64,000 nt of DNA, taken from an uncultured bacterium. Its GTDB lineage: Bacteria; Bacteroidota; Bacteroidia; NS11-12g; UBA9320. This document shows, piece by piece, positions 48,412-58,867 of the stretch. Within the stretch, counting starts at the first letter, position 1. The number at the start of each line of letters is the position of its first letter. A program made the position numbers and the translations under genes. The stretch is from contig CAXDRX010000008.1 of assembly GCA_963991985.1 (NCBI GenBank), forward strand, positions 399 through 64,398, written 5' to 3'. The notes under the pieces are model-generated. The model worked only from the letters and a program-made list of their open reading frames with translations. It was not told the origin of the DNA and searched no databases.

Positions 48412-49278
48412 GTGAAAGTAGCCGGTGTAACTTTTATTCGCAATGCCGAAAAATTTGCTTATCCCATCCGGGAAGCAATATTGTCTATTTTACCTATTTG
48501 TGATCAAATCATCGTCGCTATTGGCCATTCCGAAGACAATACTTTGAAACTTATCGAAAGCTTGCCAAGTGAAAAAATAAAAATTATCCATACCGTTTGG
48601 GACGATTCCCTGAGAACCGGCGGGCAAGTGTTGGCTTTGGAAACCAACAAGGCTTTGGATGCCGTTTCTGATGACTTCGATTGGTGCTTTTATATACAGG
48701 CCGATGAGGCCATACATGAAAAATACTTGCCCATAGTGAAAGATGCTATGAGACGAGAATTGAACAATGAAAAAGTAGAGGGTTTGCTTTTTCATTACAA
48801 GCATTTTTGGGGAAGTTATGACTTCGTTGGCAACTCTAGAAAATGGTACCGAAAAGAAATAAGGGTGATTCGGAACAATAAAAAAATTCGATCCTTTAAA
48901 GATGCGCAAGGTTTTAGAAGAGATGGCAACAAGCTAAAAGTAAAACAAGTTGATGCTTTTATTTACCATTACGGGTGGGTGCGTCCACCCAAAAAATTGC
49001 AGCTAAAAAATTTGGAGGCAAACAAACTTTGGCATTCAGACAACTGGATAGAGAAAAATGTTCCTCAAGGTTCTGATTTTGATTTTTCGAATATCGATTC
49101 CATTGAAAAATTTGAGGGTACCCATCCCAAAGCAATGTATGAATTGATCCATGCAATCAATTGGCATTTTAGTCCGCCACCCAATCAAATAAATTTTAAG
49201 GAAAAACTTTCGAGATGGATTGAAAAGTACACCAATGTGCGCTTTGGAGAGTATAAGAACTATAAAATAATTCCCTGA
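48412..49278 (+). CDS. Glycosyltransferase (GT2-like, LPS/oligosaccharide core type).
   Basis: VAGVTFIRNA..YP..EAI.SILP.CD..IV resembles the N-terminus of small GT-A fold transferases. GTG start. No strong motif beyond that. Confidence 0.4.
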   Translation: MKVAGVTFIRNAEKFAYPIREAILSILPICDQIIVAIGHSEDNTLKLIESLPSEKIKIIHTVWDDSLRTGGQVLALETNKALDAVSDDFDWCFYIQADEAIHEKYLPIVKDAMRRELNNEKVEGLLFHYKHFWGSYDFVGNSRKWYRKEIRVIRNNKKIRSFKDAQGFRRDGNKLKVKQVDAFIYHYGWVRPPKKLQLKNLEANKLWHSDNWIEKNVPQGSDFDFSNIDSIEKFEGTHPKAMYELIHAINWHFSPPPNQINFKEKLSRWIEKYTNVRFGEYKNYKIIP

Positions 49279-49280
49279 CA

Positions 49281-50810
49281 ATGAAAATCTCCGCAAGTAT
49301 AATTACTCACAACGAAGAGAAAAATATAGGGAATTGCATTGACTCTTTGGGACAAGTTGCAGATGAAATTGTTGTCCTAGATTCTTTTAGTTCAGACGCA
49401 ACCAAAGACCTAGCTATTGAAAAGGGTGCTCAAGTGATTCAAAAGAATTTTATTGGGTTTACAGCACAAAAACAATTGGCCATAGAATACTGTAGCCATG
49501 ATTTTATTTTGTCATTGGATGCCGACGAGAGGCTATCTGATGAATTAATTCAATCCATTCGAAAAATCAAACGTTTAAAGAACGCTCATGTGTTTTCTTG
49601 CAACCGACTCAACCACTTTAACCGAAAGCCTATAAAATCTTGTGGATGGTACCCCGACAAAAAAATTAGATTGTTTCATAAGAAATTTGCGAATTGGCAA
49701 GGAGGATTGGTCCATGAAGAAGTGATTCCCTTCAACGCAGAAGAAAAAATTATTCATTTAAAAGGAGATTTACTTCACTTTGGCTTCAATAGGGTAGGTG
49801 ATTTGCTGAATAAAATGCGGAAATATGCTGCCATTTATGCAAGAGAAAATGCCCACCAAAGAAACATAACTCCTTGGGAAATTAAACTCAAAACAAAAGC
49901 TGCTTTTTTCAAAAATTATTTCATCAAAAAAGGAATATTTGATGGTTATATAGGTTATCTAATTTCAAAAGCAAATGCAGATGGTGTTCACTACAAATAT
50001 GCCATGCTTAGAGAGACAAACCAATCCTTAGCGTGTAGCCTCATCATTACAACTTATAACCGCCCAGAAGCGCTTAAAAGGGTAATAAATTCAGTATTTC
50101 TTCAAAGCAAAGCACCAAAAGAAATTATCATCGCTGACGATGGGTCAAATGAAAAAACAAAAAATATGCTTGCCACTTTCAATCATCGAAAAATACCCAT
50201 TGTGCATATTTGGCAAGAAGATAAAGGGTTTCGAGCGGCAAAAATTCGGAACAAGGCCATTGCCCGAGCAAAAGAAAAATACATCGTTCTCATTGACGGT
50301 GATATGGTTTTGCCACAACATTTTATCGCTGATCATTTGTATTGTGCTCAAAAAAAGAGAATTGTTCAAGGTTCTAGAGTCCTTTTGGATGAAAAAACGA
50401 GTTTTGAAACAATAAAAGAAAAGGCAAAACCGAATTTTTTCACAAAAAATATTAGAAATCGAAAAAATACCATTCGCTCTTCTTTTTTATCCAAAGTCTT
50501 TTCTTATTCCAATCAAAATATTTTTAAGGTAAGAAGTGCAAATCTATCATTTTGGAAATCTGATGCTTTGGCCATTAACGGATTTAACGAGGATTTCCAA
50601 GGTTGGGGAAGAGAAGACTCGGAATTTATTCAAAGGCTCTTTCATCGGGGTATTAAAAAATTTCATCCAAAATTTAAAGCTTCCGCCTATCATTTGCATC
50701 ACAAAGAAAATTCTCGTGCACAGTTGCCTGAAAATGAAGCTTTATTGCAAAAAAGCATTGATGAGAAATTGCTCGAATGTTCAAATGGAATAAACAAATA
50801 TTTACCTTGA
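49281..50810 (+). CDS. Bi-domain glycosyltransferase family 2 protein.
   Basis: Two GT2 N-terminal cores: ISASIITHNEEKNI...VVLDSFSSDAT and CSLIITTYNRPEAL...IIADDGS. Confidence 0.7.
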   Translation: MKISASIITHNEEKNIGNCIDSLGQVADEIVVLDSFSSDATKDLAIEKGAQVIQKNFIGFTAQKQLAIEYCSHDFILSLDADERLSDELIQSIRKIKRLKNAHVFSCNRLNHFNRKPIKSCGWYPDKKIRLFHKKFANWQGGLVHEEVIPFNAEEKIIHLKGDLLHFGFNRVGDLLNKMRKYAAIYARENAHQRNITPWEIKLKTKAAFFKNYFIKKGIFDGYIGYLISKANADGVHYKYAMLRETNQSLACSLIITTYNRPEALKRVINSVFLQSKAPKEIIIADDGSNEKTKNMLATFNHRKIPIVHIWQEDKGFRAAKIRNKAIARAKEKYIVLIDGDMVLPQHFIADHLYCAQKKRIVQGSRVLLDEKTSFETIKEKAKPNFFTKNIRNRKNTIRSSFLSKVFSYSNQNIFKVRSANLSFWKSDALAINGFNEDFQGWGREDSEFIQRLFHRGIKKFHPKFKASAYHLHHKENSRAQLPENEALLQKSIDEKLLECSNGINKYLP

Positions 50811-50838
50811 AATTCCTTTAAGTATTTTTGAAAAAATT

Positions 50839-51783
50839 TTGAAGGATAAAATACTGGTGATAGGAGCACTCGGCCAGGTAGGAACTGATTTGGTCGAAAA
50901 ACTTACAGAAATATACGGTGAGTCAACTGTTGTTGCTTCTGACATTCGCCATCCAAGAGAAGAACAATTCAATTTTGAAAAATTGGATGTACTGAACAAA
51001 AAAGAAATAGGCAATATCTTTACTCGCCACAAACCTACTCATGTCTATCATTTGGCGGCCATGCTATCGGCAACCGCTGAAAAATACCCACAAAAAGGAT
51101 GGAATTTAAATATGGAGGGTCAATTCAATATATTCGAAGCCTGCTTAGAACACAAAACCAAGCGTTTATTTTGGCCAAGTTCGATTGCTGTTTTTGGTCC
51201 AAATACACCCAAAAACGAAACTCCGCAAAATACTTATTGCGATCCAACAACCATCTATGGTATTAGCAAACTGGCAGGAGAGCAATATTGTAATTATTAC
51301 CACAAAAGATATGGTTTGGACGTTCGAAGCATCCGCTACCCCGGGCTGATCAGTTGGAAAGCAGCAGCCGGAGGGGGAACTACGGATTATGCCGTGGAGG
51401 TATTCACAGAAATTATTCAACACCGAAAATACCAGTGCTTTTTGGAAAAAGATACCATGTTGCCCATGATGTATATGGATGACGCCATACGAGCTACCAT
51501 TGAAATCCAAGAGTCACCTTCTTCGAATGTCAAACAAAGAACATCCTACAACATTGCTGGGTTTTCATTTACTCCAAAACAACTTTTCGATAAAATCTTG
51601 TTGCATCAGCCAAATGCTACTTTTGCTTATCAACCAGATGCTCGGCAAAAAATTGCTGATTCTTGGCCCAAAAGCATTGATGACTCCGTTGCCCGACAAG
51701 ACTGGAATTGGAATCCAAAATTTTCGCTTGATCAGATGGTACTGGACATGCTCCATCATCTGAAAAGAAAACTAAAGCATTAG
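50839..51783 (+). CDS. NAD-dependent epimerase/dehydratase family protein (extended SDR), possibly an L-threonine 3-dehydrogenase.
   Basis: KILVIGALGQVGTDL (GxxGxxG), Y..YGISK (YxxxK) and ~314 aa. The resemblance to extended-SDR Tdh (ASDIR region) is from memory. Confidence 0.6.
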   Translation: MKDKILVIGALGQVGTDLVEKLTEIYGESTVVASDIRHPREEQFNFEKLDVLNKKEIGNIFTRHKPTHVYHLAAMLSATAEKYPQKGWNLNMEGQFNIFEACLEHKTKRLFWPSSIAVFGPNTPKNETPQNTYCDPTTIYGISKLAGEQYCNYYHKRYGLDVRSIRYPGLISWKAAAGGGTTDYAVEVFTEIIQHRKYQCFLEKDTMLPMMYMDDAIRATIEIQESPSSNVKQRTSYNIAGFSFTPKQLFDKILLHQPNATFAYQPDARQKIADSWPKSIDDSVARQDWNWNPKFSLDQMVLDMLHHLKRKLKH

Positions 51784-52539
51784 TTCAACAAAACTTGGAC
51801 AATGGTCTGATTGAAAAGCGTTTGGAAGAATTTCTGCTCGTACCATTTTGTCCTTCAATGATGTGCTAACGGAGACATAGTCAATTCTCCAACCCTTGTT
51901 GTTTGCCCGTGCATTTGCACGATAACTCCACCAAGTATAATGATCTTTTTCATTGGGATGAAAAAAACGGAAACTATCAATATTTCCGTCATTAAAATAG
52001 CTATCCATCCAAGCCCTTTCCTCGGGCAAAAATCCACTTGCATTTTTATTTCCAATGGGATTGTGAATATCTATGGCCTGATGACAAATATTGAAATCTC
52101 CACAAACAATAAGGTTTGGTTGTTTTCGTTTTAAGTTTTCTTGATAGGTGTTAAAAAATTCCAAAAAGTCGTATTTGATTTGTTGCCTTAAATCCCCTGA
52201 AGATCCCGAGGGAAAATAGGTCGAAAGAAGCGTAAAATCATCAAAATTGGCTTGCAAGATTCTTCCTTCGCTATCGAAAAGATTGTGACCGCAATCATAA
52301 ACTATTTCCTTGGGTTCAATTTTGCTCATAATTCCTACACCACTGTATCCTTTTTTTTCGGCGGATTTCCAAAAACAAGTATATCCTAAATTTTCAAAAG
52401 CTTCACTTTCAATTTGTTCTGGCAAAGCCTTGGTTTCTTGAAAACATATAATGTCGGGGTTCTCTTCCCTAAGAAATGTAAGCAGATTCTTTTTCATCGC
52501 TGCTCGAATTCCATTGATGTTATACGTCATTATTTTCAT
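51772..52539 (-). CDS. xth: Exodeoxyribonuclease III (AP endonuclease).
   Basis: MKIMTYNINGIRA...DIICFQETK, and the DHCP motif near the C-terminus. Confidence 0.88.
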   Translation of the reverse strand: MKIMTYNINGIRAAMKKNLLTFLREENPDIICFQETKALPEQIESEAFENLGYTCFWKSAEKKGYSGVGIMSKIEPKEIVYDCGHNLFDSEGRILQANFDDFTLLSTYFPSGSSGDLRQQIKYDFLEFFNTYQENLKRKQPNLIVCGDFNICHQAIDIHNPIGNKNASGFLPEERAWMDSYFNDGNIDSFRFFHPNEKDHYTWWSYRANARANNKGWRIDYVSVSTSLKDKMVRAEILPNAFQSDHCPSFVELML

Positions 52540-52545
52540 CTTTTG

Positions 52546-54744
52546 TTAGAAATCAAGCAATTCTTGAATGGCCACTTTTACTTTTTCTGCTGAAGGCAAC
52601 ATGATTTTCTCCTGGCTTTTGTTGAGTGGAACAGCTGGTAAATCCAAAGAACCCAGCAGTTTTATGGGTGCGTCTAAATGCCTAAAACAATTTTCTTGAA
52701 TTCTTCCTGCAATGGCTTGAGCAAAAGAATTTTGAAGTGTTTCTTCTGTAAGAACAAGCACTTTACCATGTTTTTCGCTCAATTCATAAATCGCCTGGTC
52801 ATCGCAAGGACTTAGGGTTCGTAAATCCAAAATTTCGACTTCACCCGCCAAAGATTTGGCCGCACTTTTTGCCCAAAAAACACCCATTCCGTAGGTGACT
52901 ACCAATACCGATTCTCCCAACTTCACCTTCTCTTCGGATGCCTCTTGGACAATCCTTGCCTTGCCCAAGGGTATTACGTAATCTTCATCGGGCTCAATTG
53001 TTTTGGCTTCATCCGTTCCAGGAACTTTGCTCCAATAAAGACCTTTGTGTTCAAACATAACCACAGGGTTGGGATCATAAAAAGCAGCTTTCATCAAGCC
53101 TTTCATGTCTGCTGCATTGCTTGGATAACAAATTTTTATCCCTTTGATGGGCAAAATACTCGATTCCATTGTGCCAGAATGGTAAGGACCGCCTCCACCG
53201 TAGGCACCCGTAGGAACTCTAATCAGGGCCTGTATGGGAAATTTTCCTTGAGATAGATAATTTGATTTCGACAATTCTGTAACCAATTGATTTATCCCGG
53301 GCCACAGATAGTCTGCGAATTGTATCTCTACAATGGGCTTCGCACCCACTGCCGACATACCTGCCGTACTCCCAAGAATGTAGGCTTCTTGAATGGGGGT
53401 ATTAAAAACTCTGTCTGTGCCGTGTTTTTTTGCCAGCGTAGCAGCTTCTCTAAATACACCCCCCAATCGAATGCCAACGTCCTGACCATACAATAAGGCT
53501 TCTGGATGTTTGGTTAGAATTTCGTCAATGGCATGCAAAGCCGCATCCACCATGATTACTTTTTCTCCTTTTGGGGGTGTTCTTTCCCCTTTTTCCTCCA
53601 CAATCGGAGTTGGCGCTAAAATATGCCTTTGGATAGATTCTGGGGATGGTTCGTCTGCATTTTGGACTTTTGCAAAGGCCTCGGCTACTTCTATTTCTAC
53701 TTCATTGAAAATGGTTTCAATCTCTTTCTTTGAAAATCCATTGTTTTCCAACTCATTGATAAATTTGGGCAAAGGATCCAATTTTTGTTGGGCATGCAAG
53801 TCGTCTCTATACCATTCACTTCGCACGCCTGAAGTATGATGGCCCAAAAGCGGTACTTCAACATGCAACAAAATAGGTTTTCTATTTTTTCTGCAATTAT
53901 GGACCCATTCACTTAGCTTGTGGTAGCATGTCGTAAATGAGCTTCCATCCAATGAATCTCTGGCTATTCCTTTAAATCCTGCAGCAAATTCAAATGCATT
54001 CATAGATCTCATTTCTTTTCCACTTGCAGAAATACCCCAATCATTGTCTTGGACAAGGAAAATAATGGGCAGTTGATGCAAAGCAGCCATTTGTAACGCT
54101 TCCGAAACTTCGCCTTCCGTAACAGAGCCATCTCCCAAAGAACAAACCACCACAGGAGGTTTACTTTTTTTCAATAATTTTCTTTTTTCTAAAAATTGGA
54201 TGCCTTGCGCCAATCCGGTAGTAGGAATGGCTTGCATACCTGTGGCACTGCTCTGGTGAATAATTTTTGGTTTGTCTGGATCTTTTGAGGAGGGGTGTGC
54301 ATAATAGGTGCGACCGCCTGAAAATGGATCATCTTTTTTTGCCAAGAGTTGCAACATCAAATCATAAGGGGAATAACCTAGACCCAATAAAATGGAATCG
54401 TCTCTATAGTAAGGGGAAATCCAATCTTGATTTTCTAAATTGAATGCTAGAGCCAATTGGATCGCCTCATGTCCTTTTGATGTTGAGTGTACATAGCTAG
54501 TGACTTCTCGATGCGCATCGTAAATTTTTGCCATATGTCTCGCTTGCGCAAAGCATTTTAGTGCATTGAGATATACTTTTTTTGAAATTTTTTTGCTGCC
54601 CGCCACTACTATCTTTATTCTATCTCTTCCGTTTTCAAAACTAATACCAAAATTTAAATGTAGTCTTGGTTGTTTAAAACCTTTACTTACAAAAAAGTAA
54701 AGACTTTCAGAAGATTCCCAGGAATCACTAGTTTTATAATGCAA
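52546..54744 (-). CDS. TPP-dependent 2-oxoacid (branched-chain) dehydrogenase E1 component with fused alpha and beta subunits.
   Basis: E1-alpha TPP-binding region (GDG...N) and an E1-beta/transketolase-like C-terminal half in one ORF. The TTG start at 54744 is uncertain; the ATG at 54534 is an alternative. Confidence 0.7.
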   Translation of the reverse strand: MHYKTSDSWESSESLYFFVSKGFKQPRLHLNFGISFENGRDRIKIVVAGSKKISKKVYLNALKCFAQARHMAKIYDAHREVTSYVHSTSKGHEAIQLALAFNLENQDWISPYYRDDSILLGLGYSPYDLMLQLLAKKDDPFSGGRTYYAHPSSKDPDKPKIIHQSSATGMQAIPTTGLAQGIQFLEKRKLLKKSKPPVVVCSLGDGSVTEGEVSEALQMAALHQLPIIFLVQDNDWGISASGKEMRSMNAFEFAAGFKGIARDSLDGSSFTTCYHKLSEWVHNCRKNRKPILLHVEVPLLGHHTSGVRSEWYRDDLHAQQKLDPLPKFINELENNGFSKKEIETIFNEVEIEVAEAFAKVQNADEPSPESIQRHILAPTPIVEEKGERTPPKGEKVIMVDAALHAIDEILTKHPEALLYGQDVGIRLGGVFREAATLAKKHGTDRVFNTPIQEAYILGSTAGMSAVGAKPIVEIQFADYLWPGINQLVTELSKSNYLSQGKFPIQALIRVPTGAYGGGGPYHSGTMESSILPIKGIKICYPSNAADMKGLMKAAFYDPNPVVMFEHKGLYWSKVPGTDEAKTIEPDEDYVIPLGKARIVQEASEEKVKLGESVLVVTYGMGVFWAKSAAKSLAGEVEILDLRTLSPCDDQAIYELSEKHGKVLVLTEETLQNSFAQAIAGRIQENCFRHLDAPIKLLGSLDLPAVPLNKSQEKIMLPSAEKVKVAIQELLDF

Positions 54745-54847
54745 TGGCCAAAATTCTCAATGGCAACTTTAAGCTCCCAAACCCTTGGCGGTTCTTTTTT
54801 GAAAATGGATCAACAATTAAATAAAAAAATAGTTTTAATTTGGCCCC

Positions 54848-56002
54848 ATGATGCGTTTTTACATTGTTTTATTGCTTTCCTCTTTATTCGCTTTTCCTAC
54901 CCAAGCACAAGAGGTAAAAAAGAAGGTAGTTATTGAAGGTTTTGTTACAAGTCCGGGTATTTTTGGCGGTTTTTGCCCTCGAGCTTATCAAACATTTGCT
55001 GAGTTGGGAGACATAAAAAGTCAAGAAGATTACGAAATAATCATGGTCCATGGGAACTGCTACAATTGTTCTGGAGCTGATTTTGATACGATCAATGATG
55101 GGATGTATCATCCGGCCTACGCCAAAGGAATGAATTCTATTGGTGCCGATGCTTTCCCTCAAGCTTCCTTAGACAGACATGAACCCATTGCTGTCCTTTA
55201 TACTAAAGATTTTTTACCCGAATATAACTCAATGACACAAAGAGAACCCGCCGCTGGCATAGAGGTAACAGCGAATTATGATGCCTCGACAAGAAACTTA
55301 AATGTATCAGCGAATGTGAAATTTGTGAATTCAACCCAAAACTACAGGTTGGCCCTAGCCATTACTGAACACAAGGTACATAGAGTAGATGATATTGAAT
55401 TTTCACAGTGGAATTTTTATTCTCCTTTTTGGCCAAATGGTGTAAATGCTGGTGGAAGTATCACCGATTCTATAGCAGCATATGGAACAGAATTTTGGAA
55501 AAGGAATCCAAGGGTTGAATCAGTCTATATATATCACCCGCATGTCGCTAGAGCAATACTACCTAGTTTTGGTGGAGATCCCAATAGCTTGCCGGCAAAT
55601 ACTGAAGCAGGCATGAGCTATGAACACACATTTGCAACCTACAATATATCGGCAGATTATCGACCAGAGATGATGAGAGCAATTGTTTTGCTCATTGATG
55701 AAAATGGCAAAATCAACAATGCAAACGGCGCTTGGGTAAATGGAGACCCAGCAAGTATCGAAGACGATCATGTTCATGGCAATATTGTGGTTTATCCAAA
55801 TCCTGCTCAAAATTCTTTAAGCGTTCGTCATCCCAACAAAATAAGTTCTTTTGAAATAATGAATTCACTTGGAAAAGTTGTGCTAAGTGGGCATTTAAAT
55901 TCGTCTACCATTAACATCGAATCACTTCAAAAAGGCAGTTATTTTATCATTCTAAATGACGAAGACCGCCACCGAAGCTACCATAAGAAATTCATCAAAT
56001 GA
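54848..56002 (+). CDS. Secreted hypothetical protein with a T9SS C-terminal domain.
   Basis: Signal peptide. C-terminus VVYPNPAQNSLSV...GSYFIILNDEDRHRSYHKKFIK is a T9SS CTD. Confidence 0.55.
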   Translation: MMRFYIVLLLSSLFAFPTQAQEVKKKVVIEGFVTSPGIFGGFCPRAYQTFAELGDIKSQEDYEIIMVHGNCYNCSGADFDTINDGMYHPAYAKGMNSIGADAFPQASLDRHEPIAVLYTKDFLPEYNSMTQREPAAGIEVTANYDASTRNLNVSANVKFVNSTQNYRLALAITEHKVHRVDDIEFSQWNFYSPFWPNGVNAGGSITDSIAAYGTEFWKRNPRVESVYIYHPHVARAILPSFGGDPNSLPANTEAGMSYEHTFATYNISADYRPEMMRAIVLLIDENGKINNANGAWVNGDPASIEDDHVHGNIVVYPNPAQNSLSVRHPNKISSFEIMNSLGKVVLSGHLNSSTINIESLQKGSYFIILNDEDRHRSYHKKFIK

Positions 56003-56016
56003 TAAAGACCATTTGA

Positions 56017-56904
56017 ATTAAGGTAAAGTACTTTTTATTCATTCTTGCTACGCCTTTTATTTTAACATCATGTGGAAGTAGTGATTGTACTTATACACAT
56101 GATTCAAAAGAGTGGAGTGAAGAATGGTCTGAGGATCAAGAAATTGTATTTGAAGGAGAAAGATACAATCGCGATAACAATTGGATTTGGGTTCGGAAAC
56201 ATAATGGGGAAGAAATTACTGGGTCATATTGTTACTTTGATACAAAAGGTAGACAAACCCGTAAAGAACATTATTTGAACGGCAGACTAAACAGATTAGT
56301 TCTGAAGTTTGATAAACGCAGAGGGATTGTTGAGGATACAGTGACTTATGAAAATGGGTACAAAGAGGGAAGAGATGTAAGTTATAATTGGAGTGATTCT
56401 GAAAATAAACTAAAACCATATTTGATCGTCAACTATTCTAAAAATTTGAAGAATGGAATTTATATGAAGTATTTCACCTCATATGAAAATGGGCTTCAAT
56501 TACAGAAAAAAGGAAATTATTTACGAGATAGAGAAGATGGTTATTGGAAATGGTATCATAATAATGGAAAGATTCGTTTCAAAAGGACATACAAAGATGG
56601 TTGGATGGTTAAACTTGACAAACAATATGATGACGATGGGAAAATAATAAGTGTGAGTGAATATGAAGAATATGAAGAATCAGAAAATGGTCCATCCGTA
56701 AAGAATGAGTGGACATGGAGAAGTCATGCATTTGGCAAGGAGGTTTGGTGTCAAGTAAAAAAAGATGGAAAATATATAAACCTATCTTTTGATAATGATG
56801 GAAATATCAAATCAGATAAAAGTTATAACAAAGAACATAAAAACTTTGTCCATTACAATTTTGATGGATTCAGTGACTGGACTGTAGAAGGATACTCTTA
56901 CTAA
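56017..56904 (+). CDS. MORN-variant (YwqK-like) repeat lipoprotein. The start is non-canonical or disrupted by an in-frame TGA; see finding.
   Basis: The frame is open from 56017 with a lipoprotein signal (IKVKYFLFILATPFILTSCGSS), followed by repeated G..W..Y..NG...G.Y units (MORN_2/YwqK-type). The only ATG in this frame is at 55999 and is followed by a TGA at 56014. Confidence 0.5.
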   Translation: MKVKYFLFILATPFILTSCGSSDCTYTHDSKEWSEEWSEDQEIVFEGERYNRDNNWIWVRKHNGEEITGSYCYFDTKGRQTRKEHYLNGRLNRLVLKFDKRRGIVEDTVTYENGYKEGRDVSYNWSDSENKLKPYLIVNYSKNLKNGIYMKYFTSYENGLQLQKKGNYLRDREDGYWKWYHNNGKIRFKRTYKDGWMVKLDKQYDDDGKIISVSEYEEYEESENGPSVKNEWTWRSHAFGKEVWCQVKKDGKYINLSFDNDGNIKSDKSYNKEHKNFVHYNFDGFSDWTVEGYSY

Positions 56905-57019
56905 GCATTATCGGAAAGATAAGTGTAAACCTTTCTCTAATTGTTTGTCTTCTCTGAGGTCAATTGATGGTGATTTTTCTTTCATCTTTAAGGGGTTCAA
57001 ACATTGGGATTGGAAAAAA

Positions 57020-58864
57020 TCACTCTACGGTAACGGACTTTGCTAAATTTCTTGGTTGGTCTACATTGCATCCTCGCAAAATGGCAATGTAATAGGAAAT
57101 CAATTGCAAAGGTATGATGGATAACAATGGTACAAGTGCGTCTTGCACATCGGGTATCTCTATAACATAATCTGCCAAGGTTTTGACTTCCGTATCTCCC
57201 TGTGATACGATGGCAATTATGATTCCATTTCGGGCTTTTATTTCCTGGATATTGCTCACCACTTTCTCATAATGCCCTCTTCTTGTTGCGATCACTACAA
57301 TGGGCATATTTTCGTCGATGAGGGCAATAGGTCCATGTTTCATTTCAGCAGCAGGGTAGCCTTCGGCATGGATATAAGAGATTTCTTTGAGTTTCAGTGC
57401 ACCTTCAAGAGCAATTGGGAAATTGTATCCCCGCCCCAGATATAAAAAGTTGCTTGCCTCATAAAATTCTTCCGATATTTTTTTACACAAATCGTGGCAA
57501 CTTTCAAGCAGCTCTTGTATTTGCTTTGGAACAATATCAAGGGCCGTGAGCATTTCTCTAAGTCTTTGTTTTGGAATACTACCTCTAATTTGGGCCAAGC
57601 CCAAAGCCAGTAAAGTAAGCACCGAAACTTGCGCGGTAAATGCTTTTGTAGAAGCCACACCTATTTCTGGCCCTGCATGTGTATAGGCACCTGCATCCGT
57701 AATTCTGGCAATAGAAGAACCCACAACATTACAAATTCCATAGATGGTTGCCCCTTTGCTCTTTGCCAATTGCAATGCAGCCAATGTATCGGCTGTTTCA
57801 CCCGATTGAGAAATGGCAATGACCAAGTCTTTTTCTGTAACAATTGGATTGCGGTACCTAAATTCCGAGGCATACTCTACTTCTACTGGTAATCTTGCAA
57901 AATCTTCGATCAAATACTCTCCTAGGAGACCAGCATGCCAGGATGTTCCACATGCTATAATTATTATTCTATCGAGGTTTTTTATTTTGTCTTCATACTC
58001 CACTAGGCTGCTCATCGCAAATTTGAGCTCTGTGGGACTAAATCGTCCTCTTAAGCTATTCCCAACACTCACGGGTTGTTCAAAAATCTCTTTCAGCATA
58101 AAATGCTCGTAACCTCCTTTTTCTATGGCCTCCAAACTAATGGACAGCTCCTGGATAAAAGGTGTTTTTTCAATATTTTCTAATGTTTTTATTGAGAGTT
58201 CGCCTCGCTTAATGATCACAATTTCTTCGTCTTCCAAGTAGCTAACTTGCCTTGTGTATTCGATGATAGGCGTGGCATCTGAAGCGATAAAGAACTCACC
58301 CTTTTTTTGCCCAATACCAATCACAAGGGGACTGCCCTTTTTTGCACCAATCAATAGGTTGGGGTTTTGTTGATCAACCAACACAATGGCATACGCACCT
58401 ACGACTTCATTCAATGCAAGACGCACAGCTTCACACAATTCTACTTGATTTTTTTGTTGAATTTCTTCGATGAGTTGAAGTAGCACTTCTGTATCGGTTT
58501 CGCTGGTAAAGGTTCGCCCTCTGTTTTCAAGTTCTTTTTTGATGGTGGCATAATTTTCAATGATACCGTTATGGATCATGGCCAAATTGCCGGATTGACT
58601 GATATGCGGATGTGCATTTTTTTGGTTGGGCACCCCATGCGTTGCCCAACGTGTATGGCCTATTCCTAAACCACCCTGCGTGTCTTGGTTTTCTACCAAC
58701 TCAACCAAATCTTTTACCTTTCCTTTGGTTTTGTATACGTTTAAACCTGTATTTACCAATGCTACGCCCGCGCTGTCGTATCCTCGATATTCTAGCCTAG
58801 CAAGGCCTTTGATGAGATAATCAAAGGCATTTTGATTCCCGATGTATCCTACAATTCCACACAT
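57020..58864 (-). CDS. glmS: Glutamine--fructose-6-phosphate aminotransferase.
   Basis: MCGIVGYIG N-terminal nucleophile start, and two SIS domains ending in ...VE. Confidence 0.92.
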   Translation of the reverse strand: MCGIVGYIGNQNAFDYLIKGLARLEYRGYDSAGVALVNTGLNVYKTKGKVKDLVELVENQDTQGGLGIGHTRWATHGVPNQKNAHPHISQSGNLAMIHNGIIENYATIKKELENRGRTFTSETDTEVLLQLIEEIQQKNQVELCEAVRLALNEVVGAYAIVLVDQQNPNLLIGAKKGSPLVIGIGQKKGEFFIASDATPIIEYTRQVSYLEDEEIVIIKRGELSIKTLENIEKTPFIQELSISLEAIEKGGYEHFMLKEIFEQPVSVGNSLRGRFSPTELKFAMSSLVEYEDKIKNLDRIIIIACGTSWHAGLLGEYLIEDFARLPVEVEYASEFRYRNPIVTEKDLVIAISQSGETADTLAALQLAKSKGATIYGICNVVGSSIARITDAGAYTHAGPEIGVASTKAFTAQVSVLTLLALGLAQIRGSIPKQRLREMLTALDIVPKQIQELLESCHDLCKKISEEFYEASNFLYLGRGYNFPIALEGALKLKEISYIHAEGYPAAEMKHGPIALIDENMPIVVIATRRGHYEKVVSNIQEIKARNGIIIAIVSQGDTEVKTLADYVIEIPDVQDALVPLLSIIPLQLISYYIAILRGCNVDQPRNLAKSVTVE

Positions 58865-58867
58865 GAC

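Noticed and set aside
56014-56016. TGA read as a sense codon (alternative genetic code 4 or 25).
   Set aside because: Many well-conserved genes in the window (uvrB and the T9SS gene immediately upstream, among others) terminate at TGA with full-length products, so the standard bacterial code applies.
56072-56278. 68-aa ORF upstream of the YwqK-like gene.
   Set aside because: It is out of frame with, and wholly inside, the open reading frame that carries the lipoprotein signal and the MORN-type repeats.
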